Shown piece after piece: positions 1 to 11,437 of a stretch of 64,000 nucleotides of DNA. The translations under genes were made by a program, and so were the position numbers. A model generated the notes under the pieces. That model worked only from the letters and a program-made list of their open reading frames with translations. It was not told where the DNA came from and did not search any database. This stretch comes from Octopus sinensis (lineage: Eukaryota), in NCBI RefSeq assembly GCF_006345805.1, contig NC_043016.1, forward strand, positions 7,874,001 to 7,938,000, given 5' to 3'. The first letter of the stretch is position 1, and each line of letters opens with the position of its first letter.

Positions 1-1425
1 AAACTAGTTAAGAGTAACAACATCACACTAGATAAAACCAATGAAATAAAAGAATTAGACCAAAGCCAAACTTACAAATACTTAGGAATTCATGAACTAG
101 ATAAGACACAACACACACAAATGAAAGAGAAAATAAAAAAAGAATATTATAGATGAGTTAGGTCAATACTAAAAACAGAGCTCAATGCTAAAAACAAGGT
201 AATAGGTATCAACACTTTAGCTGTCCCAGTTATAAGTTACAGCTACAATATCCTTAACTGGACACGAAATGAACTGTCCAAAATAGATAGGAAAACAAGA
301 AAAATACTGACAGGATCTAGGATGCATCACCCAAAATCTGACATAGAAAGACTATATATACAACGTATAGAAGGTGGTAGAGGCCTTATACAGCTGGAAA
401 ACTACTATAAAATAACCACCATAGGACTGCAAAAATACCTACTTCAGAAGGAAGGAAAACTGATCCAGATAGCAGCAAAACACGAGCAAAACAAAAAACT
501 GTTCTCAGTATTTAAGGAAGCTGACAAATACAAACAAGAAATCATACCACCTAATAAACACAAAGAAGAAGAAGAAGATGATGAAGAAACAACAAAAGCT
601 ATAAAACAAATGAAATCCAAACTAAAAATAGAACAGCAACGAGCCATGATAAAACGATGGCAAGAAAAGCCCCTTCATGGTAAATACTGGACTAAACTAA
701 ACGCAAAAGAAATAGACAAAGAAAAATCCCAGCAATGGTTGAGAAGCTCAGGACTCAAAGCAGAAACAGAGGGATTTTTAATTGCAGCACAAGACCAAAG
801 CCTCCCCACCAGAAATTACCAAAAACATGTAATGAAAAGAAATATTACAAGTAACTGCAGAATATGTGGAGATGGACAAGAAACAATAAATCATATTATC
901 TCTAGCTGCCCAGTCCTGGCTAAGAAGGAATATATTCACAGACATGACAGAGTTGGAACCTACATACATTGGAAGCTATGCCAACATTATGGAATAACAA
1001 CAGAAAAAAGATGGTATAGGCACACACCAGAAAAGGTCACAGAAAACGAGAAAGCAACCATACTCTGGGATATGCCGATACACACAGATAGAGAAATTAA
1101 GGCCAACAGACCAGATATAGTTGTCAGAGATCATGAAGAAAAAAAATGCTTTCTAATTGATGTATCAATACCGGCAGATGACAACGTGTCTCTAAAAGAA
1201 ATGGAGAAACTCTCAAAATACAAAGACCTGGAAATAGAGGTAACTAGAATGTGGAACCTGAAAACAGAAATAATTCCTATCATAGTAGGTGCATTAGGCG
1301 TGATAAAAAAATATTCAGATAAATACATAACAAAAACACCAGGACTTACAAACACATATAACATACAGAAAATTGCACTACTAGGCACTGCACACATCCT
1401 ACGCAGAACACTTTCCATACAATAA
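1..1425 (+). pseudogene. RT thumb + zinc knuckle + restriction-like endonuclease, disrupted
   Basis: Same frame as ORF 322..1425 but an in-frame TGA at 154-156 (EYYR*VRS, likely CGA>TGA). Confidence 0.8.
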
Positions 1426-1522
1426 CCATCAGAGCATCACAACAAATCACAGCACATACCCAAGGCACACAGAGCTGCGCTCGGTAGTGAAGTGAAAGCA
1501 CGCTATAAAAATAAAACTACTG
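1..1522 (+). mobile_element. R4/Dong-like non-LTR retrotransposon (RLE endonuclease type), 3' part running into a (TAA)n tract
   Basis: Frame 1 gives YKYLG (RT domain 7), CRICGDGQETINHIISSC (CCHC knuckle) and RPDIVV..LIDVSIP..EKLSKYKDL (PD-(D/E)xK). Short 3' UTR ends directly in TAA repeats. Confidence 0.85.
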
Positions 1523-1554
1523 AATAATAATAATAATGATGATGATGATGATGC

Positions 1555-1606
<52 letters not shown>

Positions 1607-1611
1607 AATAA
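1523..1611. repeat. (TAA)n/(TGA)n compound microsatellite
   Basis: Direct reading. Confidence 0.95.
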
Positions 1612-2167
1612 ATGCCCTGATGCAGTACCAGGCAGTGGCTCTCATGGCTTCTGATCTTAACTGATTGGAAGTGTTATCATGTACATTGTTTTGTCTTGGT
1701 ATAAAACATGGGCTACAGCAAATATTCTGCTCAATACCACAGATTTGCTTGTCAGTTGTTTGACCTTAACCAGTTGAGCATGTCCCTTAGTGGCTGACGA
1801 TATGTGCATCTCTGATCATGAGCAGAAGTAGTGGGGGAGTATCATAGCCATGTGCTGAGAAGGATTCTTTGGGGTTTGAATAATTCACCTCTGGAAACAT
1901 GGGTGTTTCGTTCAACGTCCTTAAACCACCCTTATTCAGGGACCTTTTGAGCGGGATGGGTTACTCGATCTGAAGAAAATTCTAACTGGGCTCCACCTGC
2001 AAGGTCATGTGCTGTTTATCTTGATATGAGATCACCATGTCGCGCACATATGGTTGTGATGCATGTGCCTGGTGTACCCTTATCAGACGGGTAGTCATGA
2101 TGGGTATACTGGGCTTCGTATATTTTACCCCAGTGTCACTTTGATGGCATGCTCTGCTCGCTCACTC
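1612..2167 (+). mobile_element. ~560 bp non-coding interspersed element flanked by (TAA)n, copy 1
   Basis: Near-identical copy at 44491-45078; both have TAA arrays on both sides. Strand is a guess. Confidence 0.75.
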
Positions 2168-2232
<65 letters not shown>

Positions 2233-2239
2233 CATCAAA

Positions 2240-2373
2240 AAATACTTTAGGAATGAGAACCCAAGTTCAAAATTTCCCCAAGACACATGATGAAGGCTGG
2301 AGGGTATATCAGCCAAAACATTGTGTTAACAACAAACAAGATGAGGACAAATATCTGTCAAATGTAAATAATG
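2240..2373 (+). mobile_element. Penelope-type terminal fragment with a degenerate hammerhead-like motif (2282-2327)
   Basis: gacac-ATGATGA-a-ggctg..cagcc-AAAAC-ATT-gtgtt: stems I and II pair, three core positions are mutated. Confidence 0.4.
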
Positions 2374-2909
2374 TAAATAATGTACCTTGAGCGGTTGAAC
2401 TGGCATTGGATTCCTTTTGCAGAAAATACCTTAAGCAACTTTACCTTGCAAAGCTTTATGATACTTTACGATACCTTATAAAATTTTGCAATAGGTACAG
2501 GTGTGGCTAAATAATGTACCTTGAGCGGTTGAACTGGCATTGGATTCCTTTTGCAGAAAATACCTTAAGCAACTTTACCTTGCAAAGCTTTATGATACTT
2601 TACGATACCTTATAAAATTTTGCAATAGGTACAGGTGTGGCTAAATAATGTACCTTGAGCGGTTGAACTGGCATTGGATTCCTTTTGCAGAAAATACCTT
2701 AAGCAACCTTACCTTGCAAAGCTTTATGATACTTTACGATACCTTATAAAATTTTGCAATAGGTACAGGTGTGGCTAAATAATGTACCTTGAGCGGTTGA
2801 ACTGGCATTGGATTCCTTTTGCAGAAAATACCTTAAGCAACCTTACCTTGCAAAGCTTTATGATACTTTACGATACCTTATAAAATTTTGCAATAGGTAC
2901 AGGTGTGGC
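2374..2909. repeat. Tandem repeat, 4 x 134 bp
   Basis: taaataatgtacc starts at 2374, 2508, 2642 and 2776; one SNP separates units 1-2 from units 3-4. Confidence 0.95.
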
Positions 2910-3050
2910 TAGCACATGCTTCCCACCCACATGGTTCCTGGTTCAGTCCCAAATAGCACCGTAGGCAAGTGTCTTCTACAATAACCTTCGGGCTGACGAA
3001 AGCTTTGTAAGTGAATATGGCAGACAGAAACTGAAAGAAGCCTGTCGTAT
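2898..3050 (+). mobile_element. tRNA-derived SINE family A, head half
   Basis: GGTTCAGTCCC B-box and GGCAAGTGTCTTCT core shared with the other A copies. Confidence 0.7.
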
Positions 3051-3689
3051 GTGTGTGTGCATGTGTGTATTTATGTATGTATGTATGTATTATATACAGG
3101 CGCAAGAGTGTCTGTGTGGTAAGAAGCTTGACTCTCAAAATTGTTGAAAAGGTTGCAAGACGCAACGAAAATTTTAGGAAAATAAAAATAAGAAAATAGT
3201 GGAAATTTTACCAGTGAGTGTGTTACATTATAAAGCACAAAAAGAAAATGACTCTCCCCAGACAACAGAATATGCTTCAACACACAAACTCATGTAAAGA
3301 ATCTTGCAAACCAAATCCAACGAAATCTTATCAGCAGTTCCAAGTAAAGAAATATGAAAGTTGCCACAGTTGGACTTGTTAATTTCTCTCTCATACAGTG
3401 AAATCACTATCACATCTTCCCAATCCTGAGGAACTGGTAAAAATATTCCTCACATTGACGATGATTACAATGGTTACAAGATCACACACCACATACCACT
3501 ATGCTCAATAACCTCAGCTGATATACCATCAGCTCTTGAAAGCTTCCTGCAGTTGATCTGTTTAATTGCGATTTTGTCTTACTCTATAACTATTTCTTCA
3601 ATAACATGATGCTTGGGTAGGTCTTCATCATGAATGGATGGATGGATGGATGGATGGTGAAAAAGACCTGTGAAATGTTCTGTTTCAGA

Positions 3690-4060
3690 AAACTTTCGGT
3701 ATCACTGATTAAGGGTGGATCCCTTTTTAGTACAGAGAAATGCAGTAGAACCAAATAACTGTTTAACAAATAGTATATTGTTTTAGAATCTTTATACCAT
3801 CTTTGACTAATTAGATATGAACAACTGCAATGCATTCTTCATTGCCCTCTCTGAAAAGTTGATTTAAGTTGCAACAATAACTCTTCTATCTTCAAATATT
3901 CTTTTCTAGGTTAATTGATATAATGCAATCTCTCATGTAATTATTGCTTCATGTCTAGAAACTCAGATATTTCAGAGTTATTTTCATTAAACCATCTTTA
4001 TCTATGCTTGTCCTAAATTTCATGATATAGACAATGGTAGCATAAAAATTTTGTTTGAAG
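3690..4060 (-). pseudogene. Heavily decayed RTE-type LINE EN-RT linker
   Basis: WFNENNSEISEFL..DSKTIY..GSTLISD resembles the RTE-BovB linker; many stops and frameshifts. Confidence 0.35.
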
Positions 4061-4180
4061 TTTGACTAAGAATCATCTGCCAATTAATTTGCTAGAGGTT
4101 CGCATAAAACTGCAGATATTACAGGGTCACCGAGTTTATCAATATTTAATTGTTTGACACCTTTTGATATAAATATTTTC

Positions 4181-4586
4181 CTGGCTGTGTGGTAAGTAGC
4201 TTGCTAACCAACCACATGGTTCCGGGTTCAGTCCCACTGCGTGGCATCTTGGGCAAGTGTCTTCTGCTATAGCCCCGGGCCGACCAAAGCCTTGTGAGTG
4301 GATTTGGTAGACAGAAACTGAAAGAAGCCTGTTGTATATATGTATATATATATATATGTATGTGTGTGTATGTGTTTTTGTGTCTGTGTTAGTCTCCCTA
4401 GCATTGCTTGACAACCGATGCTGGTGTGTTTACATCCCCGTCACTTAGTGGTTTGGCAAAAGAGACCGATAGAATAAGTACTGGGCTTACAAAGAATAAG
4501 TCCCGGGGTTGATTTGCTCGACTAAAGGCGGTGCTCCAGCATGGCCGCAGTCAAATGGTTGAAACAAGTAAAAGAGTAGAAGAGTA
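4181..4586 (+). mobile_element. SINE family A, full length
   Basis: A-box GGCTGTGTGGT, B-box GGTTCAGTCCC, internal (AT/GT)n, tail AAGTAAAAGAGTA. Confidence 0.9.
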
Positions 4587-4719
4587 ACAACAAGCCAAAA
4601 ATTTGTTTGCACTTAAAGAGTCTTGTCTTGGCATTGATGGCAAAACAGCTTCAGTTGTGACTGTAGAGAACAGTGTGTAAGTACAATGACTGCACTTGAA
4701 GGTGTTGTCTTGCCATTGT

Positions 4720-4905
4720 GCCATTTTCTGTAGAAGTTGGTAAATATGGATCCTTCCTCTGTAATCCTGAGTTGAAAGTCAAGTAGAAAGAGGGTTCCAG
4801 ATTCATCTGGATGTTCAATCTTGAATTTGATGTTTATGTCAGTGTTACTGAAGGTCTGGTGTACGTTAATGGCCTCATCCGTGGAGGATGTGATGATAAG
4901 GATGG
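4720..4905 (-). pseudogene. Penelope-like RT C-terminal fragment
   Basis: Hand translation ILIITSSTDEAINVHQTFSNTDINIKFKIEHPDESGTLFLLDFQLRITEEGSIFTNFYRK matches the PLE IKFTIE..L.FLD..YRK pattern. Confidence 0.55.
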
Positions 4906-5681
4906 TGCCATTTTCCCATTAAATATTCTTTTCTTCTTCAGCAACCTTTGGCCTCTTCATTCATTTCTTTAAACTCTTGTCTAGTTCCAGTTTTCATCAA
5001 GAGATCATCAGCAATATCCTCCAACCTTTCAGCATCCCTTTTAAGGACTTCATTCCTTGCTTGCAAACATCTTTTCAGATGAAGATGGAAGTCATTCTTG
5101 TGCTTTCATACAGAATAGTATATTAAAATAGGTCCAGAATGAAACATCTTACTGAAGAATATATTCCAATAGATCCAGAATGAAACCACAAATAACAAAC
5201 TATAAAACATAATCCAATAACTGAAACAAATAACAGATAACAGATAAAATGAGAAGAATGATCAAGAAGCTCTACAAATAAGCAAAACACAAAACTAAAA
5301 TAAAGATGGAGATACATCACGTGTAAAATAATATAAAGACAGTACTATGAACACTACAAGGATTTGTCCTTATGTTATTTAAAAATGGGAGCTGATGATT
5401 TTCTCAGTTATCAAGTTATTCCCATAACCCTTTGTGGCTTAACACTAATTGCACACAATCTCAACAAGTTTATTTTGAAAGTGAGGCGCTAAAATTTTTG
5501 AAATGAAAGACTAATGGATTTGGATTTAGGAATGGTATTGTTCCAAACCAAACACAAAGGATTAATAAAGAAATGTGAAAAGTTCTTGAGGAAATGTAAA
5601 AAGATCAAAAGTTGAACAATTTCAATGTAACATGTTGGAAAGAATTATTGTTCCCTATGCATATATATGTATAAGTATGTA

Positions 5682-5745
<64 letters not shown>

Positions 5746-5764
5746 GCATGTACATGAACATAGA

Positions 5765-6335
5765 ACCAAATATCAATGGAAACAGTAGTAGTTGTGATAC
5801 CTGTGCCGATGACACATAAAAAGCAGCATCCGAACGTGGCCATTGCCAGTGCAGCCTCCAATGGCTTCTGTGCCGGTGGCACATAAAAAGCACCATCCGA
5901 ACGTGACCGATGCCAACCCCGCCTCGAATGGCTTCTGTGCCGGTGGCACATAAAAAGCAACATCCGAACGTGGCCGATGCCAGCACCGCCCCGACTGGCT
6001 TCTGTGCCGGTGGCACATAAAAAGCACCATCCAAACGTGACCGATGCCAGCACCGCCTTGACTGGCTTCTGTGCTGGTAGCACAAGAAAAAAAGAAAAAA
6101 AAAAGCACCAACTGATCGTGGCCGATGCCAGACCCCTCTGGCACCTGTGCAGGTGGCACGTAAAAAGCACCCACTACACTCGTGGAGTGGTTGGCGTTAG
6201 GAAGGGCATGCAGCTGTAGAAGCACTGCCAGATCAGACTGGAGCCTGGGGCAGCCCCTGGCTCCCCAGACCCCGGTCGAACCGTCCAACCCGTGCTAGCG
6301 CGGAAAACGGACGTTAAACGATGAAGATGATGATG
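5765..6335 (+). mobile_element. Family C: RTE-like 3' tail element with an internal 67 bp tandem array and (GAT)n tail
   Basis: ctgtgcc units at 5801, 5868, 5935, 6002, 6069; body GGAAGGGCAT..; tail GGAAAACGGACGTTAAACGATGA. Confidence 0.8.
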
Positions 6336-6339
6336 ATGA

Positions 6340-6414
6340 TGATATATATATATATATATATATGCTGGTGTCCCAGCATGACCACAGCTTTGAAGCTGAA
6401 ACATTTTAACGATT

Positions 6415-6446
<32 letters not shown>

Positions 6447-6497
6447 TATATATATACACACATATATATATATATACATACATTTATATGTATGTAT

Positions 6498-6555
<58 letters not shown>

Positions 6556-6710
6556 ATTTATATACATATGCATCCACACACAAATACATATGCACATCCA
6601 TACATGCATACATACATAGATATATATACACACACATAGACATGCAAACACACTTGCTCACATACATCATACTCACAGAAACACATAGACACACACATAA
6701 ATATACACTT
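6340..6710. repeat. Compound (AT)/(AC)/(CATA) microsatellite
   Basis: Direct reading. Confidence 0.9.
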
Positions 6711-6880
6711 GCACACAGAGATATTAACAACAGTGAAAATGTGTAATCCAAGAAAACCGTTGGTGGTCTGTGTCAGCAAAAATTAATAAATTAATCCATG
6801 GGAGGGTTCAATGGAAAAGTTCAGAGAGTTGATTTGCTGTGAGATGTGAAAGTAATCTAGCATGCTTAGTGTTTATTATC

Positions 6881-6914
<34 letters not shown>

Positions 6915-7004
6915 AGAGAGGGGGAGAGAGAGATGGAGAGGGTGAGAACAAAAGAAGGATAGGAAGAGAAAAAGAGAGAAAGGAGGAGCGAAAGAATATT
7001 TATA

Positions 7005-7128
7005 CATGTATGTGTGTGTATATGTACGTATGTATGTATGTATGTATGTATGTATGTATGTATGTATGCATCTATCTATCTATCTATCCATCCATTCATC
7101 CATCCATCCATCCATCCATCCATCCATC

Positions 7129-7172
<44 letters not shown>

Positions 7173-7256
7173 GTCTATCCATCCATCCATCCATCCATCC
7201 ATCCATCCATCCATCCATCCATCCATCCATCCATCCATCCATCCATCCATCCATCC

Positions 7257-7304
<48 letters not shown>
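7005..7304. repeat. Compound (ATGT)/(ATCT)/(ATCC) tetranucleotide array
   Basis: Direct reading; source of the spurious [12 protein letters not shown] ORFs. Confidence 0.95.
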
Positions 7305-7530
7305 GGTGAGCTGGCAGAAATGTTAGCATGCCGGGCGAAATGCATAGCCGTATTTCATCTGCTGTTACGTTCTGAGTTCAAATTCCGCCAAGGTCGACTT
7401 TGCCTTCATCCTTTCGGGGTTGATAAATAAAGTACCAGTTACTCACTGGGGTCGATGTAATCGACTTAATCCGTTTGTCTGTCTTTGTTTGTCCCTTCTA
7501 TGTTTAGCCCCTTATGAGCAATAAAGAAAT
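7305..7530 (+). mobile_element. SINE family B (Deu/Nin-like central domain)
   Basis: GAGTTCAAATTCC B-box; GCCTTCATCCTTTCGGGGTTGATAAATAAAGTACCAG domain. Confidence 0.85.
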
Positions 7531-7595
7531 CTATATGTCTATCTATCTATCTATCTATCCATCCATCCATCCACCTATCTATCTATCTATCTATC

Positions 7596-7654
<59 letters not shown>

Positions 7655-8098
7655 CTGTGTGTGTATATATATATATGTGTGTGTATATATACACATATGT
7701 ACATATTATGTGTATATGTCTGTGCGTGTATATAGATCTATATTTATATAAAATCTATTGTTGCCTCTATACACTGCATAATGATGACATATATAAACAC
7801 ATATACACATACAAACACACGTGTGGCTGTTGTATGTGACAAAATAATCTTTTCCCCTATAAGTGGTGCAAGACCTAAAATTTTTAGGGAGAGGATATTA
7901 CACTGATACCCGTACTTGATTGACACCTATTTTATGGACCCTTGTAAGGATGAATAGTAAACATCAAAATTTGAACTCCAGATGTAAAGCCTCAAAAAGT
8001 GCTGCTTAATCTTTTGTCAATGTACTCAGAATAATGCCTGCTCGTTGCTGTATGTGATGAAATAATGCCATAGTAGTGTTGTTATTGAGTACTGTTGT

Positions 8099-8601
8099 TT
8101 AACCTTTTAGCATTTAACCTGGCCATGTCAGGCCCAAAATATATTCTACTTGTTTTATGTTAAAAGTGGTCAGATCTGGCCTCTCATACCTATTTCTTTA
8201 CTACCCACAAGGGGCTAAACACAGAGGGGACAAACAAGGACAGACAAACGGATTAAGTCGATTACATCGACCCCAGTGCATAACTGGTACTTAATTTATC
8301 GACCCCGAAAGGATGAAAGGCAAAGTCGACCTCGGCAGAATTTGAACTCAGAACGTAACGACAGACGAAATACCGCTGAGCATTTCGCCCGGCATGCTAA
8401 AGTTTCTGCCAGCTCGCTGCCTTTCAGGCCTCTCATACCTACCATACAGTGTCATTCTTAGAATAAACAATCATTTTATTGAAGTTTCAAAGCTATGAAG
8501 TTTCAAATGCATGATTAATACAAAACTATGAATAAATAAGCATTTGACAGAATAATTTGACAGAATATTTGACAGAATAATTTGAAATGCTAATGGGTTA
8601 A
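8099..8601. mobile_element. piggyBac-like MITE (TTAA/CCCTTTAG termini) interrupted by a SINE
   Basis: ttaaccttttagcattt ... aaatgctaatgggttaa; homologous to 14445-14660 and 15827-16940. Confidence 0.75.
8193..8426 (-). mobile_element. SINE family B with 15 bp TSD
   Basis: GGCCTCTCATACCTA at 8178-8192 and 8427-8441. Confidence 0.9.
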
Positions 8602-8791
8602 ATGAATCAAAACTAGACCAGTTCACTCCCACAAAGCTATGATTAAAGATGCTCCAGCCATGACCATCCCATCTTTTTATTTATTCAAGTATTTATTTAT
8701 TTTCTAAGGTATCCCCTAACCTGTCTTCTTCACCATCTCCTCTCTTTTGTCTCCCTTCTCTGTGTTTCCAACAGGGGTAACCAAGTATCTT

Positions 8792-9022
8792 ATTTCTTTA
8801 CTACCATAAGGGGCTAAACACAGAGGTGACAAACAAGGACAGACAAACGGGTTAAGTCGATTATATCAACCCCAGTGCGTAACTGGTACTTTATTTATCG
8901 ACCCGAAAGAATGAAAGGCAAAGTCGACCTCGGCGGAATTTGAACTCAGAACGTAACAACAGACGAAATACGGCTACGCATTTCGCCCGGCGTGCTAATG
9001 TTTCTGCCAGCTCACTGCCCTT
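8792..9022 (-). mobile_element. SINE family B with 9 bp TSD
   Basis: AAGTATCTT at 8783-8791 and 9023-9031. Confidence 0.85.
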
Positions 9023-9129
9023 AAGTATCTTCTCAACAGTAACACACCTGTTTCTATCCCTCAATCATATCTTAGGCTCTCGTCACCAAACACAAAGCCG
9101 CTCCCACTAATACTACTCCTCGCCTCAGG

Positions 9130-9280
9130 TGCCACATAAAAAGCATCCAGTACACTCTGTAAAATGGTTGGCATTAGGAAAGGCATCCAGTCATATATAT
9201 TTAGCCAAAACATACAGTAGAGCTTGGCACAGCTCCTGCCAAATTGCCCAGCCAATACAAGCATGGATGGAGGACATGAA

Positions 9281-9290
<10 letters not shown>
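9130..9290 (+). mobile_element. Family C, partial
   Basis: GGTTGGCATTAGGAAAGGCATCCAG body and (GAT)n tail. Confidence 0.65.
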
Positions 9291-9334
<44 letters not shown>

Positions 9335-9519
9335 ATGATGACATGAAGCAGATTCTCTTATGAGTTCTTTAAGTGAACAGTGAAGAAAAGGAGATGTAAA
9401 TAGAGATATGTTTAGCTGCTCTTTCTAACATGTCAAGTAATGGCATAGTTGGTTCCAATGAAAGGTATGTATGTCAGAAGTGGTGAGGCCAGGGAAAAGA
9501 TGAAAGAAACTAAAATGGG

Positions 9520-9960
9520 GTGATGGCCATGATGATGATGACTAATGATTGAAGATGATGATGATGATGATGATGTCAGCAGCAGCAGTGGTGGTCATGG
9601 TATTAATGGTTGAATGGTTGTGGTGGTGATGGTAGTGGTAGTGGTGGGGGTGGTGATGATGATAGTAATGATGATGAAGGCAATAATGATGGTTGTGGTG
9701 ATGATGATGCTGTTGTTGTTGTTGGTGGTGGTGGTAATGATGATGATAATGATGGTGGTATTGACGATAATAATGATGTTGATGATGATAGTAATGATGA
9801 TGGAGGTGATGATGATGGTGCTGTTGTTGTTGTTGCTGATGGTAGTGGTGGTGTTGGTGGCAGCGGTGGTGCTGATGGTGGTGGTGGTGGTGGTGGTGCT
9901 GATGTAATGATGTTTGTCTTTTTTACAACAAAGTCAGTGGTGGTGGTGGTGGGGGGGGAT
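9520..9960. repeat. (GAT/GGT/GTT)n degenerate trinucleotide array
   Basis: Direct reading. Confidence 0.9.
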
Positions 9961-10153
9961 TAAGCTATGCGCATGACCTTCCACAGTTGCCCATCCCTAA
10001 TAAGATTGTTGGCGTGGTTGGGTTGATGTACAGCAGGAACATCCAGTAAATCAACAACAGCAGGAAATAAAAAAAAAGAAAAAGAGATGGGTGGGAAGGA
10101 AAATGTTGTTGGGGTGATGATTGGTTATATATATAGAGAGACAGACAGACATA

Positions 10154-10196
<43 letters not shown>

Positions 10197-10198
<2 letters not shown>

Positions 10199-10419
10199 AA
10201 ATAAGCAACAAGGATATCCAAGGTAGTGTAGTACAATCGTTTCATGCTACTTCATTTCAAATGAAGTAGCATGAAACAATTGTACTACACTGCCTTGGAT
10301 ATCCTTGTTGCTTATTTAGATTATAATCACCCCATTTGATTTATATGGATAATACCATACAAACTTCTGGTGCCTTTAACTTAAGTACCATATTCATCTG
10401 AATCTAAATTTTGCTGAAC

Positions 10420-10420
<1 letters not shown>
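10197..10420 (-). mobile_element. Short element J with a fold-back hairpin (10199-10317)
   Basis: Homologous to 62085-62243; (AT)n on both sides. Confidence 0.6.
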
Positions 10421-10452
<32 letters not shown>

Positions 10453-10462
10453 ATATATATAT

Positions 10463-10730
10463 CATGGAACGGCAACTACAATATCTTTATATGTTTTATT
10501 TCTACTTTCATTCTCTTATTTACCTCTATATTTCCAATCTTCTCCTTTCCCATAATAATTCTGTATTTCAAACTCAAATATTACTTCTCTTTAACCATCT
10601 CACATTGTCTCATGAAGTGATATCCATAATATCCCAGAAACAGCTGTAAGACTATATCTATATCTTTTTACTTATTAATGTCCTGAAAATTCCTCACAGC
10701 CTCGGCTTTGTTATCTCATTTTGTCTACTA
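10463..10730 (+). mobile_element. Penelope-type 3' terminal fragment (family E) with a degenerate hammerhead at 10605-10652
   Basis: Similar to 49560-49826; retains GAAAC-AGCT-GTA; ends in (AT)n. Confidence 0.55.
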
Positions 10731-10761
10731 TATATATATATAAGTAAATAAAGGGAGTTGA

Positions 10762-11172
10762 ATGCAATCTTATCAGGAAAGAAAGAGAACTTATCTCAAC
10801 AACAAAAATTCTATATACCATTGTAGAATTTCTTGCGGTACTGATGTCTACTTCTACACAGGCGCATCCTCTTCCCAGTTATCTAAGAACGTTTCAAATT
10901 ATTATTCTTCAGTTAGGGATAGCAGTAAACGTCATAGCACAGGGCTAAGTAAATTGGTTTGGTATCTTAAAGACAACAATAAAGATTTTAAGTTAGATTG
11001 GTTCATCCTGTCCATATCTTTCCCTTATGATAAGGGCAAAGGATTTTGTAACATTTGCAACTCTGAACTCTTCCATATTTTCTTCTCTAAGAATCACCTT
11101 GTTAACTCACTTATAGAGCAATCTTACAAATGTAAGCACTGGCAGAAACATACCTTTAGCTCATATAAGTGA
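10762..11172 (+). pseudogene. GIY-YIG endonuclease domain of a Penelope-like element
   Basis: SIYHC..FYTG..STGLSKLVWYLK..W.IL..PYDK..CNIC..CKH; no upstream RT. Confidence 0.8.
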
Positions 11173-11437
11173 TTTTTACTAGTCTTTAGAGTTTGAACAT
11201 TTAGTTCAACTTGCACTTTACTTGCACTACTTCCAAGCCTTTGAACATTTTTTCAACCAATATATCCCTCTTTATTTGTTCTCTACTTATTATTTCTTTA
11301 CCTCTTCTCTTCCTAGGTTCTGCCTTTGACGTTGGATCTACTAACATTTTTTTTAAAATACTTAATAGCGTTCTGTTTATCATTTATGCAGTCATCAAAA
11401 TTGTTATAATATCTTGTTGTTGAGATAGGTTCTCTTT

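Noticed and set aside
1612-1700. HDV-like ribozyme at the 5' end of the TAA-flanked element
   Set aside because: Could not build the P1-P4 double pseudoknot by eye on either strand.
3410-3480. hAT dimerisation-like peptide LPNPEELVKIFLTL
   Set aside because: Too short and degenerate to call.
5801-6160. CRISPR-like repeat/spacer appearance of the 67 bp arrays
   Set aside because: The spacer segments are homologous to each other, the context is a eukaryotic retroelement tail, and there are no cas genes.
5645-6288. Long ORFs over family C arrays (also 21709-22170, 22552-23130, 28523-28903)
   Set aside because: Products of tandem units with repeated peptides in several frames on both strands.
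6314-7430. MYVC/YIYI/HPSI, poly-T, poly-V, poly-M and poly-H ORFs here and elsewhere
   Set aside because: Translations of microsatellites.
8705-8790. Strong plus-strand splice acceptor with CTAAC
   Set aside because: Downstream sequence is interrupted by a SINE and resembles an old repeat also seen near 38470.
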